Assembly (NCBI GenBank): GCA_964016885.1 | Contig: OZ024742.1 | Span: forward strand, 124,434,001 to 124,498,000 | Reading direction: 5' to 3' | Length of the DNA stretch: 64,000 nucleotides | Origin: Eledone cirrhosa | Lineage: Eukaryota | Shown here: piece by piece, positions 14,142-28,376 of the stretch | Layout of the letters: every line of letters starts with the position of its first letter | Numbering within the stretch: position 1 is the stretch's first letter | The notes under the pieces: model-generated | What the model was told of the DNA's origin: nothing | Seen by the model: only the letters and a program-made list of their open reading frames with translations | Database searches by the model: none | Program-made: the position numbers and the translations under genes

Positions 14142-15842
14142 CATATGTATGTGTGTAAACGGTTACAAAGTATTGGGTGAGTACTAAATTATATAATTAA
14201 AAACAAAATTATTTGAGAATATTCTCGCACGTATTTCATTGTGGAACATCTCAGGTATTCATCTATATTCCTGCAACTGGCGCACTTCGAGCATTTCCAT
14301 TAGCTTCTTTTTTTATGTCAGTTCCTATGTCTTTACATATTTTTTTCAGTCTAATATTATTGTTTAACAAGTGCGTCAATTTGAATATCATCCGCTGACG
14401 ATGTCGAACTATTTAATTTTACATTGTTAGCTTACAGATTTTCCCCAAGGCAAGCAATAGAGATTTGTGAAAGTAATATACAGTCACTCTATTATCTTCC
14501 ATTTCCGTTGCCTAAGTCTGAAGTGTCTCGAGCCCAGTGGAACATGTGGCCAACGCTTATACCAATTTTTTAGGGACTGAGAGTACGAGACAGTAACAGA
14601 CGTTATTCCATCACAGGCTTTAGCCACAGCTATTGCTCGTATACATTTTCAGCCGAATATACTGGAGCAACTTGAGATGAAGTGATCTGCTCCAAAACGC
14701 AACACACAGCCCAAGCCATAAATCGAACCACTAACATTATGATCCTGTCCAACACACTTACCACTAGTATACCCGTTTCCAGCATTTTTATTGAGAATGG
14801 TTAATGACTCCCACAAATTTTCAATTTTCTCCTACGAAATGGAATTTAAATTTGAGAATTGGTTCCGTTCCTAATTCAGCATATCAACTCTGAAATTATT
14901 TCTAATACAAGCGTGGAACTTAATATCATAGTGCTAATGTTCACAATAGCAGCTCTCTGGCTACCACATATACACACGTTAAAAAAAACTGAAGTCAAGC
15001 CTATTTGGTTAAATGCAGTTAAGAAATATGTCAAAATACATAGAAAACCACGTGTATAATTCTATGGTTAAACAGAACCCAACGTATTGAATTTGTGTGA
15101 AATAGGTTTCAACACTAAATCCAAATACACTGGCATTTGATAGAAAAGACATAAACACCGAGGATGTAAATAAAGGGTAAATAAAGGATTAGACCACGAA
15201 GATAAAACAAACGTAAAGTGACAGAAGGAAACTTATATAAACTATATTCACATCGTAAAGCTATATTCTACAAGAAAAACAATCTAACTGCCAACATATG
15301 TGTTTCTACTATATTGATGCAAACCATAACACCGACATAGCAATAACATTAGATGTTAATTCACTACCTAAATTAAAAAAAGAGGAATATTTTTAAAAAC
15401 GAAAGTATGTCAGACAGTGGAGTAGAGTAGAACATTTTAAATGAGCTGAAAATGGAAATAAAATCAAACAACAAACAGATGCAAAAAGTGCAAACAAATC
15501 TTATAACATTAACCTATAAACATTACTAGAGAAGTATTCAAAGGATAGAGATAATGCGAAAAAAATATATAAAACACTATCCGAAAAAAATATCAAAAGC
15601 AGTCATACCTACATTATCGACCAATACAAGCGGAACCAAAACTATGTCAATGTTCGTATGGAAACAATTAAATTTCAAATTCCTAATGTAAAATGTTACT
15701 TTTATAATGTCCTAACACGGTAATTTTTAGCACACACACAATGACACAAACACAAACACACATGTACACATGTACACACATGCACATGCATAACCCCGAT
15801 GTATATATATAAATGTATTATTATTACTATATATATATATAT

Positions 15843-15965
15843 ATAGTAATAATAATAAATTTGAAGACTAAAATCGAAAGAGGGCTCGATAAGGATAAAT
15901 ATATATCAAATATATAAGAACCCGTTAAGAGTGAAAGCAGCGATTCTTTGCTTAAACTTTAATCT
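15843..15965. mobile_element. Rearranged pseudo-LTR fragment of the same Naiad-like family as 4593-8128
   Basis: 15843-15924 matches 7755-7835 directly. 15921-15965 is the reverse complement of 7860-7904. Confidence 0.85.
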
Positions 15966-16076
15966 ACCCCGTAAGGATGAAAGGCAAAGTCAACCTCGGC
16001 GGGATTTGAACTCAGATCGTAAAGGGACGTAACTATGCTAGAAAGCATGGCGTCCGACCCTCTACCGATACTGCCA
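15966..16076 (-). mobile_element. tRNA-derived SINE, 5' half
   Basis: Reverse complement has box A tggcagtatcggtag and box B gagttcaaatccc and is near-identical to the copy at 58352-58541. Confidence 0.8.
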
Positions 16077-16390
16077 AATATATATATAATATGTGTAAGT
16101 CACATATGTAAAATTTGGCTTCGTTTATTATAAATTATAGATATACTTCTATATATATTTCCATGACGGCAATCATTGGCTGTGACCTCTTCAGGCAGTC
16201 CGAATAGGAGTGGGAAATACAGGTACACATGTTGTTGAAGTGTGTTTCACTCCATCAATACATCGATATGTCCAGCTCCTGGTAGTGTTGTTATTTCTCT
16301 GAGGAACTGGAATCATATGAGTTAGAACAAACGAATTTCGGCGTCCCGTTGGTCAGTTGTGGGATCATTCCTCATATACCAATATATACT

Positions 16391-16430
<40 letters not shown>

Positions 16431-17629
16431 AGTGCCTCCGGTACAAAACCCGGGAAGACCAGAAATCAGAGTAGTGCACGATGCATAGCAGTGGTGTGAG
16501 GCAGAATGGACAAATTAATGAGATAGAGATACAAATATGCGCTTATAAAGCAAGGTTTATATCCTTATGTTTCAATGACTGAATGTGCATATACAATATC
16601 ACAAATTAACCGTTAAAACCGAAAACGAAACTTCTATTACTGTATGTATCAGATATACGTCCATCAGTATTGCCAGGATAATTAATGTAATCTAACTTAA
16701 GAAACCAGCCTACAATTGATATCGCAGTGCTGTAGGTCGACATTGGAAAATGAAAATAAATTAAAAGGAAAGTAGAAGAATAAATAGAAATAAAATCAAA
16801 AGAGATTAACAGTGTCAGATGTCGAAGATTACTTTAGACAAAAGTAACTTGTTTGATCACAAACAACCTGGTGTTATTTAATGAATTAACCAAACTGTAT
16901 TTTCACATGACAATAATTTACCAGGAACCATGAGGTAATGAAAAAATATCAGCGTATGTATCTCCAACAGCAAATGTATCAAAATAATTATATGACAGTG
17001 ATTCAATTCTATACAACGAAGGGATTATGTGAAGGAAATCAAATCCTAAAGTAACTAACAGTCTATGCTATATTATTAGAAAGAATCATGTTATCAAGAT
17101 GCGGTGAAAATCTCAAGTGCTCTCCGAAATCTACTTCTAAATGGACACAACAAAATAGCAAAAGTGACCCATCCATCACCAATAGATTGTAATAATGGAT
17201 AGACCGGATGAAATATCAAACATTCGAAAGACTGGATCAAATCCCGCCTACAGTATAAACATATTTCCACTCCCTGCTCATAGTAAGAAAAGATGCTGTC
17301 TACTGCATTGTACTCAAATGAGATTTGTAGGATTTCACTCAAATAAACACATTTCGTTCATAATCATTTCCAGTGGTAAATTTATCAAAATATCTAGAAA
17401 TGTTTACGAAGTAATACAAATGAAATGTCTTTTACGTTTTACTTGTGAAACAAATACTGTTTAATTTGACGATATAATGTGTAAGTTTTTTACACATGAA
17501 ATGAGTAAAAGTTTAAACAACAAATATCTTTTTTTAAATGGAACATTATGAATAAATATATAAAAGAAAGTAATTTAAACATTGAATTAAAATATATTAA
17601 ACAAATATATTGCCCCTAAATAAGGGTTT

Positions 17630-17790
17630 CTGATAAAGGTACAAGGCCATCAATTTTTAGGGGAAAGGAATGTCAATTATACCGACCCCAGTGCCTTACT
17701 TTATTTTATCAACCTCGTAACGATGAAAGCAAACCTAATCTCGGTGTAAAGGGATATATCTCTCTACCGATCCTGCCAGTCCACTGCCAC
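17630..17790 (-). mobile_element. Diverged SINE copy
   Basis: gaccccagtg..tactttattttatcaacctcgtaacgatgaaagc...ctctaccgatcctgccagtccactgcca is homologous to the other SINE copies. Confidence 0.6.
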
Positions 17791-18470
17791 CGACAAGCAT
17801 TTTTATTTGTTTAATCCAATTTCTACTTTAGTTTACGTGACTTCAAATGCAGGGAGCCGAGGAAAATAAAGCAAAGCATTTTATTCGACGCTCAAGCAAC
17901 TCTGCTAATTCGTTATTTCGTGAAATTCAAACTCACCAAAAACTTTTGAGCAAATCATTTAATCAAAGGTATGAAACAACACATTATCATCTGTTTTGGA
18001 ACTTAGTAATTATATTAGCTTTATTTGATAACTAAAAATATAACAGAATGTTACAACTCACTCATTATTTATCGATATCAACGAATAAAAATAATACACA
18101 CGGCAACCATGTCTTTATTTTCATATTTATGCATTATTTTAAACTTAATTGATCAATAAAATTCACTTTATCCTGGATTTGTCAAAAAAGATATCAACAT
18201 TAATATATGCGGGTTTTTTTTTAATGCTGCCGTCTTTCTGACTTTAGGTGAACTTATGTTCCTCTTCTTTTATTTGGAGATAGGTTTTATTTCATCTTAA
18301 CTTTCTAAATATTCACAAGAAAGATAGTGTTATTGTGGTTTCTAGTTGCAATGTTTTTGTTATTTTATTTTGCGATATATATTGATACTCCCTTCATATT
18401 CGATTGAACTATTCTACGTCTTAATGAAGATTTCTTCAAAAATTGATGCTTAGTTATACCATTAGAAATA

Positions 18471-18720
18471 TCTTCTTCTTCTTCTTCTTCTTCTTGGGGG
18501 AGTCGTGAAGGCAGATACTCAAACACTCGTTCTAGCCGGTTTTGTCAGATGCAACCGTCTCCCATTGACTCGGCCGTGTCCCACAAAGAGTTCAGTCTAA
18601 CTAATGGATGTTATCCAACCATCTTGCGCTGAGTCTACCTCCACGTCTCCTATGGTTGGTTTTGCTCGTAAAAATCTGACCAGGGATTCTTTCCTGAGAC
18701 AATCTCACCACATGCTCATT
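18471..18720 (-). mobile_element. 3' end of an RTE-clade LINE with a (GAA)n tail
   Basis: Minus translation EHVVRLSQERIPGQIF...RRRGGR.SARWLDNI, followed by a short UTR and (CTT)n on the plus strand. Confidence 0.65.
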
Positions 18721-19955
18721 GAATATTAATATTGAACATTATAGTGAATATAACTTCAGTTAACAGTTTTAAATTGAATATATATTTTCAAGAATTAAAC
18801 AGAGTACCTACACATCATTGCACCATTACAGGCCGTCATCAACTCTCTCAGTACCGATTTGTCTTCTTCAAAAGAAGTGTATTCGTCCTCCTGATTAAGA
18901 AAATGTTTATGGTACTCGGGTATTGAAATTGCAACTGTATATGCAGATTCGAGAATACAATATTTTTGTCCTATTCCTAACCAAATGTCGTAGCTCTCTA
19001 GATAATTTCAAGTTCTGTAATCGAAGTAAACCCCATAAAATGCATATTATGGCATGGTATGGTATGGTAAAGTATGGTCTCAGCACTCCTGTTGGAGTTG
19101 TATGGGTGCCTTATGTATGGGTGCCTTATGCGTTTGGGGGCGTTTTATGAATGGCGGAGCCCATCACTATACAGGTATACAGCAGATTTCTCCAATAGAG
19201 GATAGAAAGTGAGGATTTTTAGAGGAAGAATCGACCAGTTTACTGGTCCAGAAAGGATGAAATATAAAGATGACCTCATCGGGATTTGAACTCAGGGAGC
19301 AGATCGGGATCGTATAAAACAAAGCAGTCTATCCGACATTCTATTACATTTCCAATTCGCCGCCGTATAAAATCTATATGCTGGTGTTAATCGCACTTGG
19401 TTCTATCCAGCGAATTTAGGTATTGTTGTTCAGCATATTCTTCTCTACTTGAAACGAATACGCTATCAAATATGCAAACAATTGTTCCCCCAGAAATCGC
19501 CCAGAAATAAAGAGAAATAATTGTCATGTAAACCAAATATAGTTTGTAAATTTGGATCAAATTGTCTCTCTTTGCTGATACTCTTTCAAACATTAGCCAT
19601 AAATACAAGTACTACACTAACACTAAGCATGACATTCAACTATGCCAGTATCTATGAAAACGAAGCCAGTTCCTATCATACGAGAGATATTTTGATATTC
19701 TTCATTATCGTTTTCTTCTATAATGCCTTAAATCTTTACCCAACTTAAGATAAACCGGGTGTGATTTCCGTATATCTTCGGTATAAATGTCAGTAAGCTG
19801 TTTAATGCATATGTCAAACGAATCGGGAAATTAGATGTGGAGTATAATTCTTTAAGTTATATATAATATTATTTTGTAAAATGTGAAAATAAATGAACAC
19901 CGTTTCTTCAGAACACCCATTGCAACTGCTTCTGTCGCTGCTGTTGCTGCTGGTG

Positions 19956-20045
<90 letters not shown>

Positions 20046-20435
20046 CTGCTACTACTACTACTTCAGCTCAGAAAAGTATAACGCAACACTGAAGACACGC
20101 TACATGCACCTCAGGAACTCCGAGTTGTACCTTGTAATGTATTAGAAACACGATGAAATAACAACAACATCAATAAAATAATAATAATAATAATGTTTTC
20201 TTTATTAACCACAAGGGTTTACATAAAGTAGACATTAAGGATAGTACAGGACGGTACAAAAGGTCATTTCTGCGTGTAAAAAAAACAAGAAACAGAGGAT
20301 GTAAGACTAGAACAACGAAAAATTCCCCAATAGGGGGGAGACTTCCGAGGGACATTCGTGGAGAAAGTCCATTAAAAAGCCACTGTGACCCTGACCACCA
20401 GGGCAAGTGCCCTCTCCCAGTTTTCCACCTTTAAT

Positions 20436-23400
20436 TTACAGACACATACTCAGAGTAGGCCCATTCACTCGGGCCATTCTTGCCTCTCTCACCCATCTTT
20501 CAACAAAATGCTGGGAAGAGAGCACTTCCCTCTCTACCCTGATTTTCCTTTTCAAATGAAATTTGAAAAAGTTAATCAGGGCATCACCGAAGAGGTAAGT
20601 GCTCGTCTTCAGCCCGTTCAAATGTGTCCACCATACTATCTCTTTCGCCATGGCCACCGGACAGATAAAAACTGCCTGCTCTTCACGGCTAAAGGAATAG
20701 GGCTGGGCAATCTTCACGAAGGACTCAGCTGATAGCTGGATCCGTCCTACACCCGACAGCAGGTGTTCCACATAAACCCATAAGTCATAAATGCTCGGAC
20801 ACTGGACGAGTGCGTGCAGGACGGCTTCGTCGCCCTGCGCGCATCTCGGACATGCCTGGCTGACGGCACCTCCGTGCCTGTAGAGTTTTTCCCGAACTGG
20901 CAAAACTCCTCAGTACCACTGCCAGGCCAGGGATTTCTGGAAGTTGCCCATAGGCCCCGGCCCGAAAGTTCTTCCGAAGAGATTGGCTAGTTGATTTTCG
21001 TCGACGCCTAGAGTTTCCCCAAGTACGTCATCGCTCTTCCCCTCCACTAATCCTCTATAGAACGCCAAGGTGGAGTTTCCACCGATGAAATTGCCCCATT
21101 GGGCGAGGGCTGTGAGCGCCTGAAGACATTCCAGTCTCCAAGCGCTCCCTGTCGGTCTTCGCTTGACCCAGGACTGCAGCTCCGTCAAGAAGACGAGCTG
21201 GGAAAAGACGCGTCTAGCAAACAGCGACCACACTTGATCACCGTCGAGGAAGAGGTGGAGATGTCGTAGCCTGAGCGCGTGTCTGCGCATCATCAGCCAC
21301 GGCATTCCCAGCCCTCCACGTAGCGGGTGTTGACAGCAGATGGACAGCCTGACCATCGGAGCGCGTCCCTTCCACAAAAAGTGAAAGAGCAAACGCTCCA
21401 GCGCGGTCAGACGGGGCTTAGGACAAGGTACAACGGTCAGGCGGTAGTAGATGACGGACGCGATATACGCGTTAGCAACCTCCGATCGATCTTTCAGGGA
21501 TAGCTTCCTCTCCGCCCATTTCTGGGTGAGTAAAGCCATCTTGCTCGTCACCTCGTCCCAGTTTTTTTCCGTCTGGAGGTCCGGACCGAACCAGACCCGA
21601 GCAATTTAACTGGTCCGTCTCTCCAGCGCCCGTCGACGCTGTTGATCGGCATGGACCTGCCTCTCCATGTGCCGAGCTGCAGGCCCACTCACTTTTACCG
21701 GTTGATCATTGCTCCTGTCACCGCTTCGTATTCTCTTAGTGTAGTGCCGATCGCCTGGATGTGTTTGGCGTTCGACACCACTACGGTGACATCGTCCGCT
21801 TATGCTGACACGGATCTTCCGCATCCTAGTTCGCGCGGGACCCCACTCAACGTCTACAGTTTGTGCAGTAATGGCTCGAGAGTCAATACGTACAAGAGGG
21901 ACGAGAGGGGACATCCTTGGCGGACCGAGCGCGTGATGTTGAACGGTTCCGAGCAGATATCGCTGTGCATGGCAGCGATCCAGCTTCTGAAGACGGACCC
22001 AAAGCCAGCCGCCCTCAGGACTGCCGCGAGGTAACGATGCTCGACCCTATCGAAAGCTTTCGACTGATCTAAATTGATCAAGGACCCAACCGTGCCAGAA
22101 TCCCTAGCTACCCTCTCTACGATGTATCGCATGAGGTGGAGATTGTCGTGGATGGATCTGTCGGGAATGGCGCATGTCTGCGCCTCTCCCACCAGACCAC
22201 CAACGACAAGCGCCAACCTCTTTGCTAGCACCTTGGCCAAAATCTTGAACTCTGTGTTTAGCAGTGTTATGGGCCTAAAATCATCTATGTTATCACCCTT
22301 GTTCAGATCCTTTCTCAGCAGCGCCACAGCTCCTCGGCTCACAGAGCTGGGAATTCACCCGTTCTGTTGCCAGTTTCAGTAGACGTCCGCCAAGAGTCCT
22401 CCGAAAAAGTCTGGCATCTGTACGTAATGTTCATAGGGCAGACCATCCAAACCAGGCGATTTACCCCTTGTGCAGCCATTCATTGCCCCCCGTACTTCAG
22501 CGGCTGTTATCGGCTTTTCGAATACTCCGCCTCAGTGGCCGAGAGCCGCGGCAGTGCGTGGAAGTAGACACTATAGTCCATCCCTCGATCCTGCCCGCGG
22601 CTGCCCCCGAACAGCTGTGCGAAGTCTTGCTTAAAAGCTTCACACATTTGCCCGGGATCGAGTAGCATGCGCCCGTCGTGGTCCACCAAAGAGCGGATCG
22701 TGGCTTTGTTAACGCCCGCTTAACTAGTTCGCTAATCCGGTCTCTGTAGGCCTTGTGCGCTGTTAAGGACGCATTTAGCTTCCAGTTGCCGGGTCCTCGT
22801 CTATGAAGCCTATCTAAGTCAAGCACACAGATCACGAATTTGTGGTCGGTGTAGCTGATTATCTTGAATTATGGACAGCCTATGCTAGACCTATCTATTT
22901 CTCTACAAAATACTCTATCTAGATATGATCTGGATGACTCTATGCGACTTGTCCAAGTCCACATTGGCACATTCGGGAAATCCAATCGGTACCTGTCAGA
23001 CATTTCAAAACGCCTGAGCAGGTTGGTGAGGCCCTTGCACCCTCATCCCCTATCCGCTAATCCCACACAGTCCCAGCGTGCATCTAAGATCCCGTTCCAG
23101 TCGCCCACTAACACTAAAGAGCGGGACGTTCCAAGAAAGTTCTCCAGACGCCGGAAGAAATCAGGCCGCCCTGCTCCTGTCGGGGCATAGACGGCCACTA
23201 GCCTGAAAGCTTTCCCGTCTCCGCTGTTCACGTCTAGCACCACCAACTTACCCTCTGGGTCCAGGAAGATGGCCCGTATGGTGAGATCTAAACCTTTCCG
23301 AAAACGCACAGCAACTCCTCCCCCCGATTCCAGAAAGCTGGGAGATGCGTACATATCGTAGCCACCGAAGATCGGTGCGAAGGCCCGTGCCTCGGAGATT

Positions 23401-23519
23401 CTGGTCTTGCTGATGGCCACTACATCTATATTTAGTGACCTGAGGTCGTTGAGCAGGTGGCCCTGCTTCCATGACAACCCCCCACACGCATTTATGCTGC
23501 CTATTCTGAGTGAGGTCAT
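20436..23519 (-). pseudogene. L1/Tx1 ORF2 (APE endonuclease, reverse transcriptase, zf-RVT), inactivated
   Basis: SINACG, VAVYAP, LVGDWN, GPGNWKLNASL, FRPITLLNTEFKILAK, LDQSKAFDRVEH, VRQGCPLSSLLY, VSA*ADD (YADD with TAC>TAA), RGGLGMP, CPRC..E..HALVQC. There are many stops and frameshifts and an internal deletion near 22712. Confidence 0.92.
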
Positions 23520-23553
23520 GTTGAAATGGAGTGGAAAAGATGGGAAAGACCAC

Positions 23554-25494
23554 TTACCTTACTTCTCGTAGAGGAGGGATGGTTTGTCCATCCTTTTCAC
23601 TGCTTGTAGCCTCCCCCGGAAGGATGTCCTTATAAATCCTCCTGGAGAGTGTTTGTCGAAGTCTCCGATGTCTTTGGTGAATTTTTGTTTTAGTGTCGTG
23701 TACGTTTTCTGTGTGATGCGAGTGATTTGTATGTGTGGAGGTGGTGTGAACTTTTTGGGTTGTTGTGTAGTCTTTTTCTGTGATGCTGGTGTTGTGTTGG
23801 ATGTAGTGTAATAATTGTTTGTTGTTCAAATTTAATGCTGTGTAGTGTGTATCGTTTTGGTTGTTTTGTTTTTTTTTTGCGTTTGTTGTGGGTTTGTTTC
23901 TGTTACGCTTTTTGGTGATTTTTGTGGTGTTGGTGATGGTGGTGTTGGGGTTAATGATGGTGATGGTGTTGGTGTTTGTGGTGATGGGGTTGGTGATGCT
24001 GGTGTGGATGGTGGCATATCTGTCCTAACTTTTTGGTTTGATAGTTTATTTGTTTCCCTCTGTATTTTGTTTTTGGAGGGGGAAGGAAGATAATTTTTTT
24101 CTTTTATGGTTTCTTTTTTCTTTTTTCCTGATACCGTTTCCCACTCCTCGTCGTCACAATCTGTCTCCAGTTGTGATAAGCAGGGGAGTGGAAAATCCTC
24201 CACAAGCGTTGGTTTTGGTTGTGGCGTGGTTGATGGTGTAGGGGCTGGTGCTAGTTCTGGCGCGTTGGGTGGTGGTGGTGTTGGTTTTGCTACTGTTGCT
24301 GCGGTTGTTGCTGTTACAGTTGCTTCTGTTGTTGCTGCTACAGTTGTTGCTGCCATCTCTGATGCTGATGGTATTGATGGTTGAATCACTGGGGTGGGTA
24401 AGAGAGGTGGCCTCAACCTATAAGCCTGAGGGCAGAAAGCGCTTAGGTGGGTTCCTTCACAACAAACAACACACATAGGCCTACTGCACTCGACGATTAC
24501 GGTGAGGTGGCTGCCGTCAGTGAGGTCTATTACCTCTGGGATCTCCGCAATGCTTTTATGGTCCGCTTGGATCAGGAGCACCATACCAGATCCGGACCAG
24601 TTCTCCTGCTTTTCTTTCGCTATTTCGATTATCTTGGTGTTGGCCACGATGCCGGCGAGCACGGCAGCCATTAGCCAGGGAATTTCGATGGCCGGTGGAA
24701 CGTGAGTCACCCTGATCTTCACGAGTTTCTGGCCACAATAGCTTGGGACGAGTTTGAAGTCGTCACTTCTTAATGGGGCCATTGAGAATTCTCTGGCCCC
24801 CTGTGGTGTTTCAAAGAACACGTCCACGGTTCCATATTTCTGCCCACGTCTGATGTGGGTTTCTTTTTTGCTCACACATGTCCCAAAGCTTTTTGGATTT
24901 GGGACGGATGCCCGTTCCACTCGGCGTGATTTTATGTTAATTATCCGATAAGACACGGTGCATAGGTGACGTTGCTCCATTTTATTAGGTGGGGGTGAGG
25001 GGTGGGGGCGGTGACCCTGTACTCATCTTTCTTTACCATTCTTTTGGCTGCTTTTTCTAATTCCTCCTGCGTTACCTGTATCGCTTCGCACGTTTTTGCT
25101 ACTCTCGCAAAACTCAGGGTAGTTTTCTTAATTTCATTGTTGCTGTTGTTGTTCTCGTTATTTTTGTTATTGTTACTTTTAGTTTCAGTTGTGATGGTGG
25201 TGGCGTCAGTGGTGTTCAGTGTGGAAGAGTTCATTTTGGTTGAATTAATTTCGATATCACGAGTTAATTTATTTTTTCTTTTGTTTCTGTTGTCGCTGTG
25301 GTGGTGGTGGGGTTGGCGGCTTTAACACCTGCAGTCATTGGTAATGGCGGGAAATGCAAGTCTGCCTGAGACAAATTTAAAATATTGCTACTGCTTATAT
25401 TTTTAGTGTTGGCAAACGTAGTAATATTTACAATGGTGGTGTTGGTGTGAGGTGTTAGTTTGTGAGGAAGGTGTGACTCTGAGTCGGCCATCAT
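23554..25494 (-). pseudogene. L1/Tx1 ORF1 (RRM-like region plus CCHC zinc knuckle), frameshifted
   Basis: SFARVA, KYGTVDVFF, KIRVTHVPPAI, CVVCCEGTHLSAFC (C-x2-C-x4-H-x4-C), a Pro/Thr-rich linker and EEWETVSGKKKK, split over ORFs 25264-25494, 24941-25234, 23832-24980 and 23554-23829. Confidence 0.8.
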
Positions 25495-25919
25495 TTTTCA
25501 AAGAATTTTTTTTTTTTTATAATTATAAAAAGTTTAAATTTTGGGCTCAAAGCCCCAATCTTTTTGAGTGTCCTTTTCAGAACTCAATGTATGTGCACTT
25601 ATATACAGTTAACAATAAAAATTTTCCGTAAATGGCAATTTTAAACAACTGAAAATAAAAAAACCTTTGCGGAGCTCACGATGATACGATTTACTACGTA
25701 GACGCCAATAATAATATTAATAATAATAGTAATAATACTTCCTAAAATCAACAAAATAAATTGCATTTCGTAGGAGATGATCAAATTACATTTTTTTTTT
25801 TTAAATGATCTGGAAAAAAATCATAATAAAAATCAGAACGAGATTATCTGCATGAAGGAAAACAATTTATCGCTCCCTCTGGTGGTAGTTGTGGCAGCAA
25901 AAGCAGCAGCAACAACATC

Positions 25920-25980
<61 letters not shown>

Positions 25981-26022
25981 TTGGTGGAGGTAGTGGTGGT
26001 GGTGGTGGTGATGGCCTCGGAG

Positions 26023-26082
<60 letters not shown>

Positions 26083-26086
26083 GTAA

Positions 26087-26121
<35 letters not shown>

Positions 26122-26384
26122 ACAACCCAAAAATGCAATGAAGATTTATATGTAACAATAATTGTGACAAGTTGGCAATACATAATTTTTCAGGTTTGTT
26201 GCTCTTTAACTCCAGTCACTGCGAGTAACTTACTGCTACTTGGTAACCAGCATAAAATCAAACAGTGGATTAACGCTTCATAAATACCGGGAATGTTCTG
26301 GCAGATAACATGATACGGAAAATCAAATCAATTGGCTAAACACTAAAAGAAAAACATCTGACTATAAGCAGGCATATATATTTA

Positions 26385-26503
<119 letters not shown>

Positions 26504-26509
26504 ATATAT

Positions 26510-27280
26510 ATATGACAATATGGGTGAGAAGAATACTGCTGGTTGCACATGGATAACATATTATAAAATGAGTCCCTCATCAGTGATTGACCAAACGATC
26601 ATGGGTATTTCATCGCATTAAAAATCATATACCTCACGTTGGAGCGATAATAACTAAAATAAGTTATTAGGACAATAGAAACGCGTAAAGCGAGTGAGAC
26701 TTGTAATCAACACAGGGCGAAGCTAACCGAATATGGAAATAAACACAAGCAACATAGTTATTATTTCAGCATAAGCTGTGTGAATATATGAGCGAGTCAG
26801 AAAACAGACCTTTCGTTAGTGAATCCGGTATTAGAAAGAATGAAACCGTTTTCCCAGCGAACGGGAGGAAGAAAGAAGAGGAGAAACAGGGACTGAGTGA
26901 GTGGGAGTGCGAGGAAGAGGTCAGTAGAGAGAAATAGTTAACTGACATGGCAGAGGGGACGAAAGAAAGGAAGAGAAACAGAGAAAACGAGGGAGCAGTA
27001 AGAGAGAAAGAGAGAAACACAGAATTACAGTTTGGGTAAATATATGAAAATATGGGTCAGAAGAATACTGCTGGTTGCACATTGATAACATGTTATAAAA
27101 TGAGTCCCTCATCAGTGATTTACCAAACGATCATGGGTATTTCATCGCATTAAAAATCATATACCTCACGTTGGAGCGATAATAACTAAAATAAGTTATT
27201 AGGACAATAGAAAAAGTAAAGCGAGTGAGACAAGTAAACAACACAGGGGGAGGCTAACCGAAGATGGAAATAAACACAAG
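26510..27280. repeat. Direct duplication of a ~240-bp module (26510-26750 and 27042-27280)
   Basis: aatatgggt.agaagaatactgctggttgcacat...ggaaataaacacaag is repeated at an offset of ~531 bp. Confidence 0.85.
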
Positions 27281-27370
27281 ATGTATATATATATGTGTAA
27301 AGAAATATTTTTTAGAAACATATATTCATTCAGTCATACACACACACGCGGATATGTATATATATATATA

Positions 27371-27575
27371 TAACGAAGGAAATGTGGTAAGGAACCAGGT
27401 GGACCATAACGCACAAAAGTACTCAATACTTAGGGTAGTAAAGTGGGTAATAGGAACGAGTAGGACCCTGACGGCTGAGCTCAAGCCGTTTCTAGGGCTA
27501 ATTCTGGACTAAAAACAAAGTTTTTTTTTTAGTCCAAAAACAGCTTGAGCTCAGCCGTCGGTGTCCTACTCGTTC
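27371..27575. mobile_element. Short non-coding repeat with an internal hairpin and an HHR 3' half; relatives at 43845-43890, 53715-53905 and 58836-58940
   Basis: Arms gaacgagtaggaccctgacggctgagctcaagc / gcttgagctcagccgtcggtgtcctactcgttc. The segment ggtaaggaaccag.tggaccataacgcac is shared with 58851-58879. Confidence 0.7.
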
Positions 27576-27577
27576 AT

Positions 27578-28010
<433 letters not shown>

Positions 28011-28057
28011 CAATTCCAACCAGCCCGTCCACTCAATCTATCTTATTCCTCATTCTT

Positions 28058-28093
28058 TCTTCTGATGAAAGACTAGCATCCGAAACGTTAAGA
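28058..28093 (+). ncRNA. Minimal type I hammerhead ribozyme, family A copy 1
   Basis: tctt CTGATGA a agac-tagc-atcc GAAA cg TT aaga. Stem III is palindromic (AACGTT), and stem II carries substitutions relative to the other copies. Confidence 0.7.
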
Positions 28094-28177
28094 CCCTTTT
28101 TCTGCTATTTCAAGCGTCAACCTAATATATTCCCTCCATATACTGTACCAATTGTGTTGTCATTTCTGTTTACCTTT

Positions 28178-28218
<41 letters not shown>

Positions 28219-28376
28219 ATACTTTGGGAGGGTCATGTTGCCAATAAGAAACACACGCACCAGTTGCTTTCACTTCAATGTATTATATATTTATAAATTC
28301 ATAAATTTACAAATCTACAAACTTATAAATTTCTGGTTGGTTGGTTGGTTCTACAACCAGATAGTTGTTTATATAT

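Larger units (their letters stand above)
20195..25706 (-). mobile_element. Near full-length L1/Tx1-clade LINE
   Basis: 5' UTR, ORF1 with CCHC knuckle, ORF2 with APE, RT and C-terminal CCHC, and AATAAA at 20201-20206 (minus). Both ends are embedded in (AAT)n. Confidence 0.92.

Noticed and set aside
16146-16199. Minus-strand HHR-like motif (actgc CTGAAGA...GAAA tatata TA gaagt)
   Set aside because: Stem II does not pair convincingly and stem I has a mismatch. It is counted only as a degenerate remnant.
15060-17340. A-rich stretches that may be ancient retroelement ORF remnants
   Set aside because: No diagnostic motif could be recovered with confidence.
19956-20062. (TAC)n(TAG)n quasi-palindrome, and (GTA)n at 25921-26121, bracketing the LINE
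   Set aside because: These are simple repeats 130-200 bp away from the element ends, with no evidence that they belong to it.
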